This document shows positions 10,284 through 19,899 of a stretch of DNA of 64,000 bases, piece after piece. The notes beneath the pieces were generated by a model. That model was not told the origin of the DNA, ran no database searches, and worked only from the letters and a program-made list of their open reading frames with translations. This DNA comes from Bacteroidales bacterium UBA6445 (GTDB lineage: Bacteria > Bacteroidota > Bacteroidia > Bacteroidales > UBA932). The stretch spans positions 65,198 through 129,197 of the forward strand of contig DJOF01000021.1 of the NCBI GenBank assembly GCA_002439585.1, given 5' to 3'. Both the position numbers and the translations under genes were made by a program. Numbering within the stretch: the first letter of the stretch is position 1; each line of letters begins with the position of its first letter.

Positions 10284-11936
10284 ATGATAGAATTCGAGAT
10301 TTCCTGCAGGATGGGCAGAGAGCCGAGGCAGGATGATATAAGGAAGGCTGCAGCTGAAGCTCTTCGTCTCAAAGATAATGCTGTTATCAATGTCATTGAT
10401 CCGACCAAGCCTTATCAACCGAGGCTTCAGAACGCTGCCGCTGAGTGTTATATAGTGCACAGGTCAATTGACGCAAGAGGAGATGTGACAATGAGGTATA
10501 GGGTTGAGGCCTATCTCAAGAACGAGCCCCATGCGGACTATACTTTACCTGCATACAAGGACGTACATGACGCTGAGCCAGTGATCATAATCGGCTCAGG
10601 GCCCGCTGGTATGTTCGCTGCCCTTAAGCTGCTTACTCTCGGACTCAGGCCGGTGATACTTGAGAGAGGTAAAGATGTCAGCGGACGCAAGCCGGATATA
10701 GCAAAGCTTTCGAGGACGGGCAATGTCAATCCGGACTCCAACTACTGCTATGGAGAAGGCGGTGCGGGTACATTTTCTGACGGGAAGCTTTATACCCGAT
10801 CTTCCAAGCGCGGAGACAACAGGGAAGTCCTCTACCAGTTTGTCAATTTCGGCGCAGATCCGTCGATTCTTATAGACGCTCATCCGCATATCGGTACGGA
10901 CAAGCTTCCCAAACTAGTCTCCAATATCAGGCAGTGCATCTGCGAGCATGGTGGGGAATACCATTTCTCCACAAGAGTTACAGACATTGAGAGAGGTGGG
11001 GATTCCATTATCACAGTGACTGCCGTTGATGATAGTAGGCCTGATGGAAAGGTCTCAACTTATAGGGCCAAGGCTGTCATACTGGCAACAGGACACTCCG
11101 CAAGGGACATATATTATATGTTTGACAAGAAAGGCTGGTCTCTTGAGGCGAAAGGATTTGCCCTCGGTGTAAGGGTCGAGCATCCTCAATCTCTCATCAA
11201 TCGCATACGTTACAGGGGCAGATGGGAGGAAGGTATGCCTGCGGCTGAATATTCTTTTGTTGAACAGGTCGACGGAAGGGGCGTATTTTCATTCTGCATG
11301 TGCCCGGGAGGCATACTTGTCCCGTCATCGACTGAAGACGGTTATACCGTGCTCAACGGCATGTCCAACTCAGCGAGGAACTCCAAATGGGCCAATTCTG
11401 GTGTTGTGGTGTCCATAGAGCCGGAGGATGTGCCTGAGGAATACAAGCAATACGGAGTGTTCTCCCTGCTCAATTTCCAACATGATGTGGAGAAGAAGAT
11501 GTATGAATATGCTGCTGCTCACCCGGTAGTTGATGAAGACGGGATCGTCAACAAACTGTGTGCACCGGCCCAGAGGATGACTGATTTCTGCGAGGAGGAG
11601 CTCTCTGCTGATCTTCCGCAGACCTCATATCATCCCGGTGTGGTGTCGGCTCCTCTTCACGAATTGCTGCCGGAATGTGTGTCTTCTCGTCTGCAGAAGG
11701 CATTTCCTCTCGCAGGAGAGAAGATGAGGGGATATTATACCTCTGAAGCCTTGCTTCTCGGTGTCGAGTCACGTACCTCGTCTCCGGTAAGAATCCTTAG
11801 GTCTGAGGATACATATTTCTGCCCTCAGGTGCCCGGCCTCATACCATGCGGAGAAGGAGCAGGCTATTCCGGAGGTATAGTGTCATCGGCTATAGACGGC
11901 ATTAACTGCGCAGTGGCTGCTTCAAAACTCTTCTGA
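10284..11936 (+). CDS. FAD/NAD(P)-dependent oxidoreductase (uncharacterised FAD-dependent dehydrogenase family)
   Basis: IIGSGPAG Rossmann motif, plus GEGGAGTFSDGKL, FCMCPGG and GEGAGYSGGIVSSAIDG. Confidence 0.88.
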   Translation: MIEFEISCRMGREPRQDDIRKAAAEALRLKDNAVINVIDPTKPYQPRLQNAAAECYIVHRSIDARGDVTMRYRVEAYLKNEPHADYTLPAYKDVHDAEPVIIIGSGPAGMFAALKLLTLGLRPVILERGKDVSGRKPDIAKLSRTGNVNPDSNYCYGEGGAGTFSDGKLYTRSSKRGDNREVLYQFVNFGADPSILIDAHPHIGTDKLPKLVSNIRQCICEHGGEYHFSTRVTDIERGGDSIITVTAVDDSRPDGKVSTYRAKAVILATGHSARDIYYMFDKKGWSLEAKGFALGVRVEHPQSLINRIRYRGRWEEGMPAAEYSFVEQVDGRGVFSFCMCPGGILVPSSTEDGYTVLNGMSNSARNSKWANSGVVVSIEPEDVPEEYKQYGVFSLLNFQHDVEKKMYEYAAAHPVVDEDGIVNKLCAPAQRMTDFCEEELSADLPQTSYHPGVVSAPLHELLPECVSSRLQKAFPLAGEKMRGYYTSEALLLGVESRTSSPVRILRSEDTYFCPQVPGLIPCGEGAGYSGGIVSSAIDGINCAVAASKLF

Positions 11937-12020
11937 TAATAATAGAGTCAGAGCGGAATTATTTCTGATAACGAGGTTTCAAAGGAAAGATATATATAAT
12001 ATTAGAAAATATCGATATAT

Positions 12021-12052
12021 TTTGCTTTTGCCAGATAGTTTACCTAACTTTA
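12021..12052 (+). promoter_or_regulatory. Probable promoter of the BACON lipoprotein gene
   Basis: TTTG (12021-24), 20 nt spacer, then TAACTTTA (one mismatch to TAnnTTTG). Confidence 0.5.
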
Positions 12053-12170
12053 GTTTTTAGATGGTATGCGAGATTGCGCATTAAGTTTTATCCGACAAGT
12101 TATAGTGGATTGGACGCGCAAATCTCACTTAAGTTAGACAAGATTAACAACTATTATTAACAATTTAATT

Positions 12171-13556
12171 ATGAAACGAACGTTTTTGTATGCGTTGCCT
12201 TGGTGCTTCGCTGCTGTAGGTATCATGTTTACAGCTACAGGTTGCGGTGATGATGAGGGGGGCAAGGGTGAGTCTCCTGTAGAGAAATCCCTTTCTGCCG
12301 ATCCTACTTCCCTTTCTTTCACTGCTGAGGGTGAGACTCTTCAGCTCAATGTTAAGGCAGCTGGTGTAAGGTGGACCGTTGCCGCAAAGGACAGTTGGCT
12401 CTCTTTGGACAATCTTTCTGGGACAGGCGATGCTACCCTCAATGTGACTGCTGCCAAGAATACTGTCACATCCGAGAGGACTTCAACCATCACATTGTCA
12501 GCCAACGGAGTAGATCCCGTAACAGTACAGGTAACTCAGGCTGCTTTTGAAGGTCTTACCGAATGGACACTCCAGAGTGACTGGACTGTAGCTTATGATG
12601 GACAGAAAACTGATGTCGATGGCTCTACATCTGACTATATCTCATGTAAGGCAGGTGAGTCAGATTCTTATTTTATTGGCCTTTTTTCTGTAGCTAATAT
12701 ATCTGGTAAAACTGATGCTCAAGTATGTGACCTTGCGATTGAAGAGATCTCAGATCTATTACCTGAGTTTAATTTGACGTGGGCTAACTATGTTACTTCT
12801 GGTGAAGATTCTTGGTCATTTGGTCTGATTGATGCCGGTACTTATGTTGCTTATGCCATAGGTGTCGAATCTGACGGTACAAAGACTTACAAATATGCAA
12901 AGTCTGAGGAATTTACTATAACGGAAGCAGAGCCTGTCGAAGGGTATACCAAATGGATTGGAAAGTGGACTATATCAGGTGTTTCACCTGCGACCAAAGA
13001 AACAGTAAGTTTCAGCTTGGACGTGCAGAAAGGTACTGTCAATAAGACATTTATCATCAGTGGTTGGGAACCGGATTTGGAGATAGAGATACAAGCCGCA
13101 TTTGATGAAACAAGCGGTAACCTTCAATTCGTCGGTTATGATATTAATAATGTCAGCATAAAAGATGTTACTTATATGTTGGCTTTCACTGGTATGGAAT
13201 ATGATACTACACAAAAAGGTTATATTATCCTTACCCCAGGAGGCTCTACATATCCAATCGGTACTGCCACGATCAGTGGCAATTCTGCTACAGTTACCGC
13301 TGAGACGGTAGAATTTAAGGACGGATCAACTATGACCTTTGCAAACATGGGTATAAGCGCATATAATGATAGTCAGGTAGGTATTTTCTCTGATGATTAT
13401 CCCGGCTTCCCTATGACTATGACTAAAGATGCTTCTACTACTAATACTAAGGCTGCTTCTACAGTGTCATTCGGTGTATTGAGGCAGATCTCCAAGGCAG
13501 ACTATACCGTCAAGTCAGGCATCAAGGCTAATCTTGTTGTTAAGAATTTGAAATAG
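12171..13556 (+). CDS. Surface lipoprotein with N-terminal BACON domain
   Basis: Signal peptide ends ATG-C followed by acidic GDDE. BACON pattern P.SLSF..EG...WTV....WLSL...SG.G...V.A.KN....R...I...VTQ. Confidence 0.8.
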   Translation: MKRTFLYALPWCFAAVGIMFTATGCGDDEGGKGESPVEKSLSADPTSLSFTAEGETLQLNVKAAGVRWTVAAKDSWLSLDNLSGTGDATLNVTAAKNTVTSERTSTITLSANGVDPVTVQVTQAAFEGLTEWTLQSDWTVAYDGQKTDVDGSTSDYISCKAGESDSYFIGLFSVANISGKTDAQVCDLAIEEISDLLPEFNLTWANYVTSGEDSWSFGLIDAGTYVAYAIGVESDGTKTYKYAKSEEFTITEAEPVEGYTKWIGKWTISGVSPATKETVSFSLDVQKGTVNKTFIISGWEPDLEIEIQAAFDETSGNLQFVGYDINNVSIKDVTYMLAFTGMEYDTTQKGYIILTPGGSTYPIGTATISGNSATVTAETVEFKDGSTMTFANMGISAYNDSQVGIFSDDYPGFPMTMTKDASTTNTKAASTVSFGVLRQISKADYTVKSGIKANLVVKNLK

Positions 13557-13587
13557 TGGCTCTGCCGGAGTAGTTCCGGAATAACTT

Positions 13588-13630
13588 ATGCCCTCCGTTG
13601 AAAGATTTCTTTTAGCGGAGGGCATTTTTA
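13588..13630 (+). terminator. Rho-independent terminator
   Basis: Stem ATGCCCTCCGTTGAAAGA / TCTTTTAGCGGAGGGCAT followed by TTTTATTT. Confidence 0.85.
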
Positions 13631-14262
13631 TTTCTATTTCTCAATATATTCCTTATAATAGGGGATCTTCTCGCGGAAGATGACATCATCGTCCTCTTTG
13701 AAGAAGCTGCGGATTTTGCCTCGTGGCTCTTTGGTCTTTCCACGAGTATGCTTCATGAGAAACCACGATTATCTTACAAGATTGGCCCAAGATTGGCAAA
13801 AATTGTTGATATCTCAACAAAAGAAGCTATTTTTGTAATGAGAAGTTGTTTGATATTTATTCAATCATTCTTTTATGGCTCTTTTCTGACTGTTTCGTTA
13901 GACTTTTCTTTGGTTAGATAGTTCTCTATCATTTTCGAAATGTCTAAGTAACATTCTTGAAAGATTTGCATATGTAATTGCACAAAATCCGCATAATTAA
14001 CACCGGTGACTCAATTCGTGATGAAGTCGATAATATCTGCAGTAGTGACTGCATTCGTGCTCTCCAATAGCTCATTTGCATCAGGCAGTTTGCCCAATGA
14101 ATATATAGCCTCAGCCTCTAAGTCTGATATTTTCCATTCTCTGGCATTACGTCTAAGTCTTGGGTCTTGAGCATTACACCGATTATTTATTAACTGCTGG
14201 GAGTCCTGCTTCATGGCGGTTGCATGATGCCGGAGATATTTATAGAGAATAACATTTTTTAT

Positions 14263-17241
14263 ATGAAAAAAATCATATTTTTCTTATTGACCGTCCTCCT
14301 GTGGCCCATCATTGGGAATGCGGCGACGGGTGATGGAAAGACTGTTAAGATCCTTGCTGTCGGCAACAGTTTCTCGCAGGATGCAATCGAACAGAATCTG
14401 TATGAACTTGCCGCAGCTGACGGGATCGATCTTGTCATCGGTGACGCCTATATTGGAGGTTGTTCGATAGAGCGGCATCTTGACAATTCGCGTACAGGCA
14501 AAGATGCCTATGCTTACCGTAAGATCGTAGACGGCAAGAGGACCGAATACAAGAACCGGTCTTTAGAGAGTATACTGAAAGACGAGGCCTGGGATTATGT
14601 AAGTTTCCAACAGGTAAGCTCGCTCGCCGGAAAATACGAGACTTATGAGGCGGACCTTCCTGCTCTTGTGGCTTATGTAAGGGGCATTGTGCCTGTAAAG
14701 GCCAAGTTTCTTCTTCACCAGACATGGGCTTATGCCTATGACAGCGATCATTCTGGCTTTGCAAACTATGGCAGGGATCAGATGACTATGTATAGGGCTA
14801 TCTGTGATGCGGTACAGAAGGCTTCCTCTCTTGTGAAGATCAAGACTGTCATACCTTCAGGCACGGCAATTCAGAATGCAAGGACTTCTTTCCTTGGCGA
14901 CAGGCTATGCAGGGATGGTTATCATCTTGATCTGCTTTATGGACGCTACACCGCTGCCTGTACCTGGTATGAGAAGCTTTTCGGCCATGTGCTCGGCAAT
15001 TCTTACTATCCGGAAGGCATGACCCCCGATGTGGTACGTGTTGCACAACTTTCTGCCAAAGAGGCTGTAGCTCATCCATATCAGGTGACTGAAATAGACG
15101 TTCAGGAGCTTCCTGTCGTGTACAAAGACGCTTCGGCTTCAGTTGATGCTAGGGTCGAGGATCTGCTGTCCCGCATGACTCTAAGGGAGAAGATCTACCA
15201 ACTCAATCAGTATGTCCTTGGACGCAATGACAATATCAACAATCTCGGTGAAGTTGTAAAAAATGTTCCCGCTGAAATCGGCTCCCTTATCTATTACAGT
15301 GATGATGCCAAGCTTCGCAATGGTATGCAGCGTTTCGCGATGGAAAAATCCCGTCTCGGGATTCCGATTCTATTCGGCTTTGATGTGATTCATGGTTTCA
15401 GGACCATTTATCCTATACCTCTTGCTCAGGCGGCATCTTTCAACACTGCCCTTTCCGAGGCAGGCTCTGCACTCGCGGCATTTGAGGCTTACTATACTGG
15501 AGTAGACTGGACATTCAGCCCTATGGTGGACGTTGCCCGTGATCCTCGCTGGGGAAGGGTTGCAGAAGGGTACGGAGAAGACCCTTATGTCAACTCTGTG
15601 TTCTCGGCCGCTGCTGTCAGAGGATATCAGGGAGATGACCTATCTGCTAAGGGTACGATAGCTGCTTGTCTGAAGCATTATGTTGGCTATGGAGCTTCTG
15701 AGGCAGGGCGCGACTATGTGCCTACCGAGATTTCCCGTCAGACACTATGGGATACATATCTCCCTTCATTCGAGGCTGGTGTCAAGGCTGGAGCAGCGAC
15801 TCTCATGAGCTCTTTCAATATTATAAGCGGTACACCAGCATCAGCCAATCATTATACTCTTACAGAGGTGCTTAAGGAGAAATGGGGCCACGACGGCTTC
15901 GTTGTCTCTGACTGGGATGCCGTGAAGCAGCTTATCAACCAGGGGATGGCCGCTGATGGCAAGGAGGCTGCCATGCTTGCCTTCAATGCAGGCGTTGAGA
16001 TGGACATGAAAGATGATCTGTATCGCAAGTACCTTCCGGAACTCATTGCAGAAGGAAAAGTCTCTCATGAGCTTGTGGATGAATCTGTAAGAAGGATTCT
16101 TCGCGTGAAATTCAGGCTCGGTCTTTTCGATAATCCTTACACAGAGGAGCTTCCTGATGAGCAGCGTTACCTTCTTCCCAAGAGCCTGTCTCTCGTTGAG
16201 AGCATGGCTCAGGAATCAATGGTTCTTCTCAAAAATAATGGTAATTGCCTTCCTCTGAAGAATTTCTCAGGCAGATTGGCTATTATCGGCCCTGTGGCTG
16301 CTGATGGAGAACCTCTTCTCGGCAGCTGGTCCGGACGCGGAAAGCCTTCAGAAGTAGTAAGCATAATGACTGGCATCAAGGCTGAGTTTGGCTGTGATGT
16401 GGTCTATGCCAAGGGTTGTGATTTTGAGGGAGATGACGAAAGCGGATTTGCAGAGGCTGTATCTGCTGCATCGTCTTCTGACGTGGTTGTCCTCTGTCTT
16501 GGAGAAAAGCGCAAATGGAGCGGAGAGAATGCTTCCCGTTCTACTATTGCCCTTCCGGCAGTGCAACAGCATCTGCTTGAAGCTGTAGCTGCTACCGGAA
16601 AGCCTGTGGTTCTTGTTCTTACGAGTGGAAGGCCTCTTGACCTTACTGCAATGGAGTCTCACGCTACTTCTATCCTTGAGATATGGCAGCCTGGCACGAT
16701 GGGCGGAAAGGCTGTTGCTGGAATATTGTCAGGCCGTTACAATCCTTCTGGAAAGCTTGCCATGACATTCCCTTATACTACAGGACAGATCCCAATCTAT
16801 TACAATCATCGTAACAGTGGAAGGCGCGGTACCCAGGGTCTGTACCAGGATATACCCAGCACTCCTTTGTATCCTTTTGGCTACGGACTCAGTTATTCGA
16901 CGTTTGAGTATTCTCCTATATCGCTTTCGGCGACCAAAGTGAAAAGGGATGGCAGTATCAAGGCCAGTGTGACTGTCACAAATACAAGTAGCGTTGACGG
17001 AAAAGAGGCCGTACTATGGTTTGTATGTGACCCGTACAGCCATATAACCCGTCCTGTAAGCGAACTCAAGCATTTCGAGAAACTTATGATACCTGCCGGT
17101 GAAAGCCGTACTTTCGAGTTTGAGATCGAGCCGCTGAGGGATCTTGGTTTTGTGAACGAGACTGGCGAGAAATATGTCGATGCTGGCGAGTACAGGATTA
17201 CGGTCGGAGGACAGAATGTCTCAATAGAAGTTATTGATTGA
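14263..17241 (+). CDS. Secreted DUF4886 (SGNH-like) / GH3 beta-glycosidase fusion
   Basis: Signal peptide MKKIIFF. N-domain has VGNSFS, SFQQVS and RDGYH. GH3 part has DVARDPRWGR, CLKHYVGYG and the nucleophile motif VVSDW, then a C-terminal FnIII-like domain. Confidence 0.88.
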   Translation: MKKIIFFLLTVLLWPIIGNAATGDGKTVKILAVGNSFSQDAIEQNLYELAAADGIDLVIGDAYIGGCSIERHLDNSRTGKDAYAYRKIVDGKRTEYKNRSLESILKDEAWDYVSFQQVSSLAGKYETYEADLPALVAYVRGIVPVKAKFLLHQTWAYAYDSDHSGFANYGRDQMTMYRAICDAVQKASSLVKIKTVIPSGTAIQNARTSFLGDRLCRDGYHLDLLYGRYTAACTWYEKLFGHVLGNSYYPEGMTPDVVRVAQLSAKEAVAHPYQVTEIDVQELPVVYKDASASVDARVEDLLSRMTLREKIYQLNQYVLGRNDNINNLGEVVKNVPAEIGSLIYYSDDAKLRNGMQRFAMEKSRLGIPILFGFDVIHGFRTIYPIPLAQAASFNTALSEAGSALAAFEAYYTGVDWTFSPMVDVARDPRWGRVAEGYGEDPYVNSVFSAAAVRGYQGDDLSAKGTIAACLKHYVGYGASEAGRDYVPTEISRQTLWDTYLPSFEAGVKAGAATLMSSFNIISGTPASANHYTLTEVLKEKWGHDGFVVSDWDAVKQLINQGMAADGKEAAMLAFNAGVEMDMKDDLYRKYLPELIAEGKVSHELVDESVRRILRVKFRLGLFDNPYTEELPDEQRYLLPKSLSLVESMAQESMVLLKNNGNCLPLKNFSGRLAIIGPVAADGEPLLGSWSGRGKPSEVVSIMTGIKAEFGCDVVYAKGCDFEGDDESGFAEAVSAASSSDVVVLCLGEKRKWSGENASRSTIALPAVQQHLLEAVAATGKPVVLVLTSGRPLDLTAMESHATSILEIWQPGTMGGKAVAGILSGRYNPSGKLAMTFPYTTGQIPIYYNHRNSGRRGTQGLYQDIPSTPLYPFGYGLSYSTFEYSPISLSATKVKRDGSIKASVTVTNTSSVDGKEAVLWFVCDPYSHITRPVSELKHFEKLMIPAGESRTFEFEIEPLRDLGFVNETGEKYVDAGEYRITVGGQNVSIEVID

Positions 17242-17249
17242 CTTGAGCA

Positions 17250-19781
17250 ATGATAAACAAACTAACAATGTCAGACATAGCATTAAGGTTAGCTTTACGG
17301 ATATCCTCCCTTGTGGTGGGGATATCCTTTTTTATTTTATCTGGGAGATCTCCAGCTTTTGGTGTGGAGACAGGATCTTGTCCGTTGAGGCAAGATATAT
17401 TGCTACGTGATGGATGGGAGTTCCACAAGGGGGACAGCGTGCCGAAGTCCGGATGGGAGAGCGTTAGTGTGCCGCATGACTGGGCTATCTACGGTCCTTT
17501 CGACATATCCAATGACTTGCAGACGGTCACCGTAACCCAAAATCTTGAGACAGTCCCTACACTCAAGACAGGTAGGACTGGTGGCTTGCCTTATATAGGG
17601 ATAGGAAGATATCGCAGGACCTTTTCAGTGCCTTCTGGCAAGAGGGCTGAACTTCTCTTTGATGGGGCCATGAGCGAAGCCGAGGTATATGTCAACGGCT
17701 CGAAAGTCTGCTTCTGGCCCAATGGCTACAATGCTTTCCATTGCGATGTCACAAAGTATGTCAAGTCAGAGGAGGACAATCTGCTTGAAGTAAGGCTTGA
17801 GAACAGGCCTTCTTCTTCACGCTGGTATCCGGGTGCCGGGCTTTACCGCGATGTGCATCTGATTTTTACGGATGAGGTGCATGTACCTGTGTGGGGCACT
17901 TATGTGACGACTCCTCATGTCGGAGAGGATTTCTCTTCTATCAAGATAAGAACGGAAGTAGAGGCTCCGGAAGGGACTCCTCTATCTGTTGTTACAGCCA
18001 TCTTGGCTTCTGACGGGACTCCTGTAGCAGAGAAGACCCTTAAGACCGTCAAGGTAGATGGTGCTCTAATTGAACAGAGTTTTACGATAGACTGTCCTTC
18101 ACTGTGGTCTCCAGAGTCTCCATCCTTATATAGTGCTGTTACAAAGGTATATGCGGGAGAAAGGCTTTGTGACGAGTATTCCACTAAGTTTGGCATTAGG
18201 AGTGTTGAGTTTATTCCGGAGAAAGGTTTCTTTCTCAACGGTAAGCCTCGCAAATTTCAGGGCGTGTGCAACCATCACGATCTTGGTCCTCTCGGTGCTG
18301 CTGTCAGCGAATCAGCGATACGTCACCAGCTTCTTATGCTCAAGGATATGGGCTGTGATGCCATACGTACAACGCACAACATGCCGGCTCCCGGGTTAGT
18401 TCGCCTGTGTGACGAGATGGGCTTCATGGTTATAGTAGAAGCTTTCGACGAGTGGGATGTGGCAAAGTGCGCCAACGGCTATCACCGCTTCTTTGCTGAT
18501 TGGGCCGAGAAGGATATGGTCAATATGATACGCCAGTTCCGCAGCAGTCCTTCTGTAGTACTATGGAGTATCGGCAATGAGGTTCCGACTCAGTGTATGC
18601 CTGAAGGTTTCAAAGTCGCAAGATTCCTCCAGGAGATCTGTCACAGGGAAGATCCATCGAGAATGGTTACTTGCGGTATGGATCAAGTAAGCTGCGTGCT
18701 TGCCAACGGCTTTGCCAGCGTTATTGATGTGCCTGGACTCAATTATAGGACTTTCCGCTATCTGGAAGCCTATGAGAATCTGCCACAGGGATTTATCCTT
18801 GGCAGTGAGACCGGCTCTACAGTAAGCTCTAGAGGTGTCTACAAACTGCCTGCTGTCAAGAGATTCGGACAGACTGACCCTGATCACCAATGCTCCTCCT
18901 ACGATCTTGATGCCTGTGGGTGGTCAAATGTCCCTGACATAGATTTTGCCTTGGCGGAGGACTGGCCATGGACTCTCGGACAGTTCGTATGGACAGGGTT
19001 TGACTATCTCGGTGAGCCGAGTCCCTATGACACTGACTCTTGGCCCAACCATAGCTCAATGTTCGGGATTATAGACCTTGCCTCCATACCTAAGGATCGT
19101 TTCTGGCTTTTCCGCAGCGTATGGAATAGGGCCGAATCTACCCTTCATATTCTGCCGCATTGGAATTGGGAAGGACGTGAGGGTAGCCCTATCCCTGTAT
19201 TCGTCTATACAAGCTGGCCTGAAGCTGAACTTTTCCTCAATGGCAAAAGTCTCGGAAGAGTGCGTAAGGTCTCTGCCCAAAAGCCAACTCTCGGTGGTGT
19301 AAGGGAAGAGCTTGAGCCGAGATATAGACTTATGTGGCCGGCTGTTTCATATGAACCAGGCGAGCTTAAGGCCGTGGCCTATGACAGTCTCGGCAATGCT
19401 GTGCAGGAGAAAGTGGTACGTACGGCAGGAAAACCTCATCATGTTGAGTTTGAGTGGTCTTATGCTGAAGCCGATGCTTTGCCAGCGGATGGGGAGTCGC
19501 TTGCCTATGTTACAGTGACTGTGGTTGATAAGGACGGTAATCCCTGTCCGACAGACGGGAGGCTGATGCATTTCGAGGTTTCAGGGGCAGGGGAGTATAG
19601 GGCCGCGGCAAATGGTGACCCTACCTGTCTTGATTTGTTCCATGAACCGAGGATGCATGCATTTGGCGGACGTCTGACTGTCATTCTTCGCTCCGGTAAA
19701 GAGAGCGGTGACATAGTGTTGAAAGTGGCTGCCAAAGGCTTGAAAACTTCTGAGTATATAATCCCTGTAGTGAGTAAGTAA
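17250..19781 (+). CDS. GH2 beta-galactosidase (with DUF4982-type C-terminal domains)
   Basis: VPHDWAI, SRWYPGAGLYR, GVCNHHDLG, AIRTTHN, WSIGNE (acid/base) and WTGFDYLGEP motifs. Confidence 0.92.
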   Translation: MINKLTMSDIALRLALRISSLVVGISFFILSGRSPAFGVETGSCPLRQDILLRDGWEFHKGDSVPKSGWESVSVPHDWAIYGPFDISNDLQTVTVTQNLETVPTLKTGRTGGLPYIGIGRYRRTFSVPSGKRAELLFDGAMSEAEVYVNGSKVCFWPNGYNAFHCDVTKYVKSEEDNLLEVRLENRPSSSRWYPGAGLYRDVHLIFTDEVHVPVWGTYVTTPHVGEDFSSIKIRTEVEAPEGTPLSVVTAILASDGTPVAEKTLKTVKVDGALIEQSFTIDCPSLWSPESPSLYSAVTKVYAGERLCDEYSTKFGIRSVEFIPEKGFFLNGKPRKFQGVCNHHDLGPLGAAVSESAIRHQLLMLKDMGCDAIRTTHNMPAPGLVRLCDEMGFMVIVEAFDEWDVAKCANGYHRFFADWAEKDMVNMIRQFRSSPSVVLWSIGNEVPTQCMPEGFKVARFLQEICHREDPSRMVTCGMDQVSCVLANGFASVIDVPGLNYRTFRYLEAYENLPQGFILGSETGSTVSSRGVYKLPAVKRFGQTDPDHQCSSYDLDACGWSNVPDIDFALAEDWPWTLGQFVWTGFDYLGEPSPYDTDSWPNHSSMFGIIDLASIPKDRFWLFRSVWNRAESTLHILPHWNWEGREGSPIPVFVYTSWPEAELFLNGKSLGRVRKVSAQKPTLGGVREELEPRYRLMWPAVSYEPGELKAVAYDSLGNAVQEKVVRTAGKPHHVEFEWSYAEADALPADGESLAYVTVTVVDKDGNPCPTDGRLMHFEVSGAGEYRAAANGDPTCLDLFHEPRMHAFGGRLTVILRSGKESGDIVLKVAAKGLKTSEYIIPVVSK

Positions 19782-19899
19782 TAGCTGCTTCTTGAGCTTG
19801 GTCGTGGACTCGGATTCGACTGTCGGGCAAATTTACGATCATGGCCAGACCTTCGTCAGCCGATCTTCCACTGAAGGCAGAGATTGAAGTTTAATTTAA

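Noticed and set aside
14011..14214. 67-aa minus-strand ORF upstream of GH3
   Set aside because: No recognisable motif or promoter. It may be a gene fragment, but I cannot support that.
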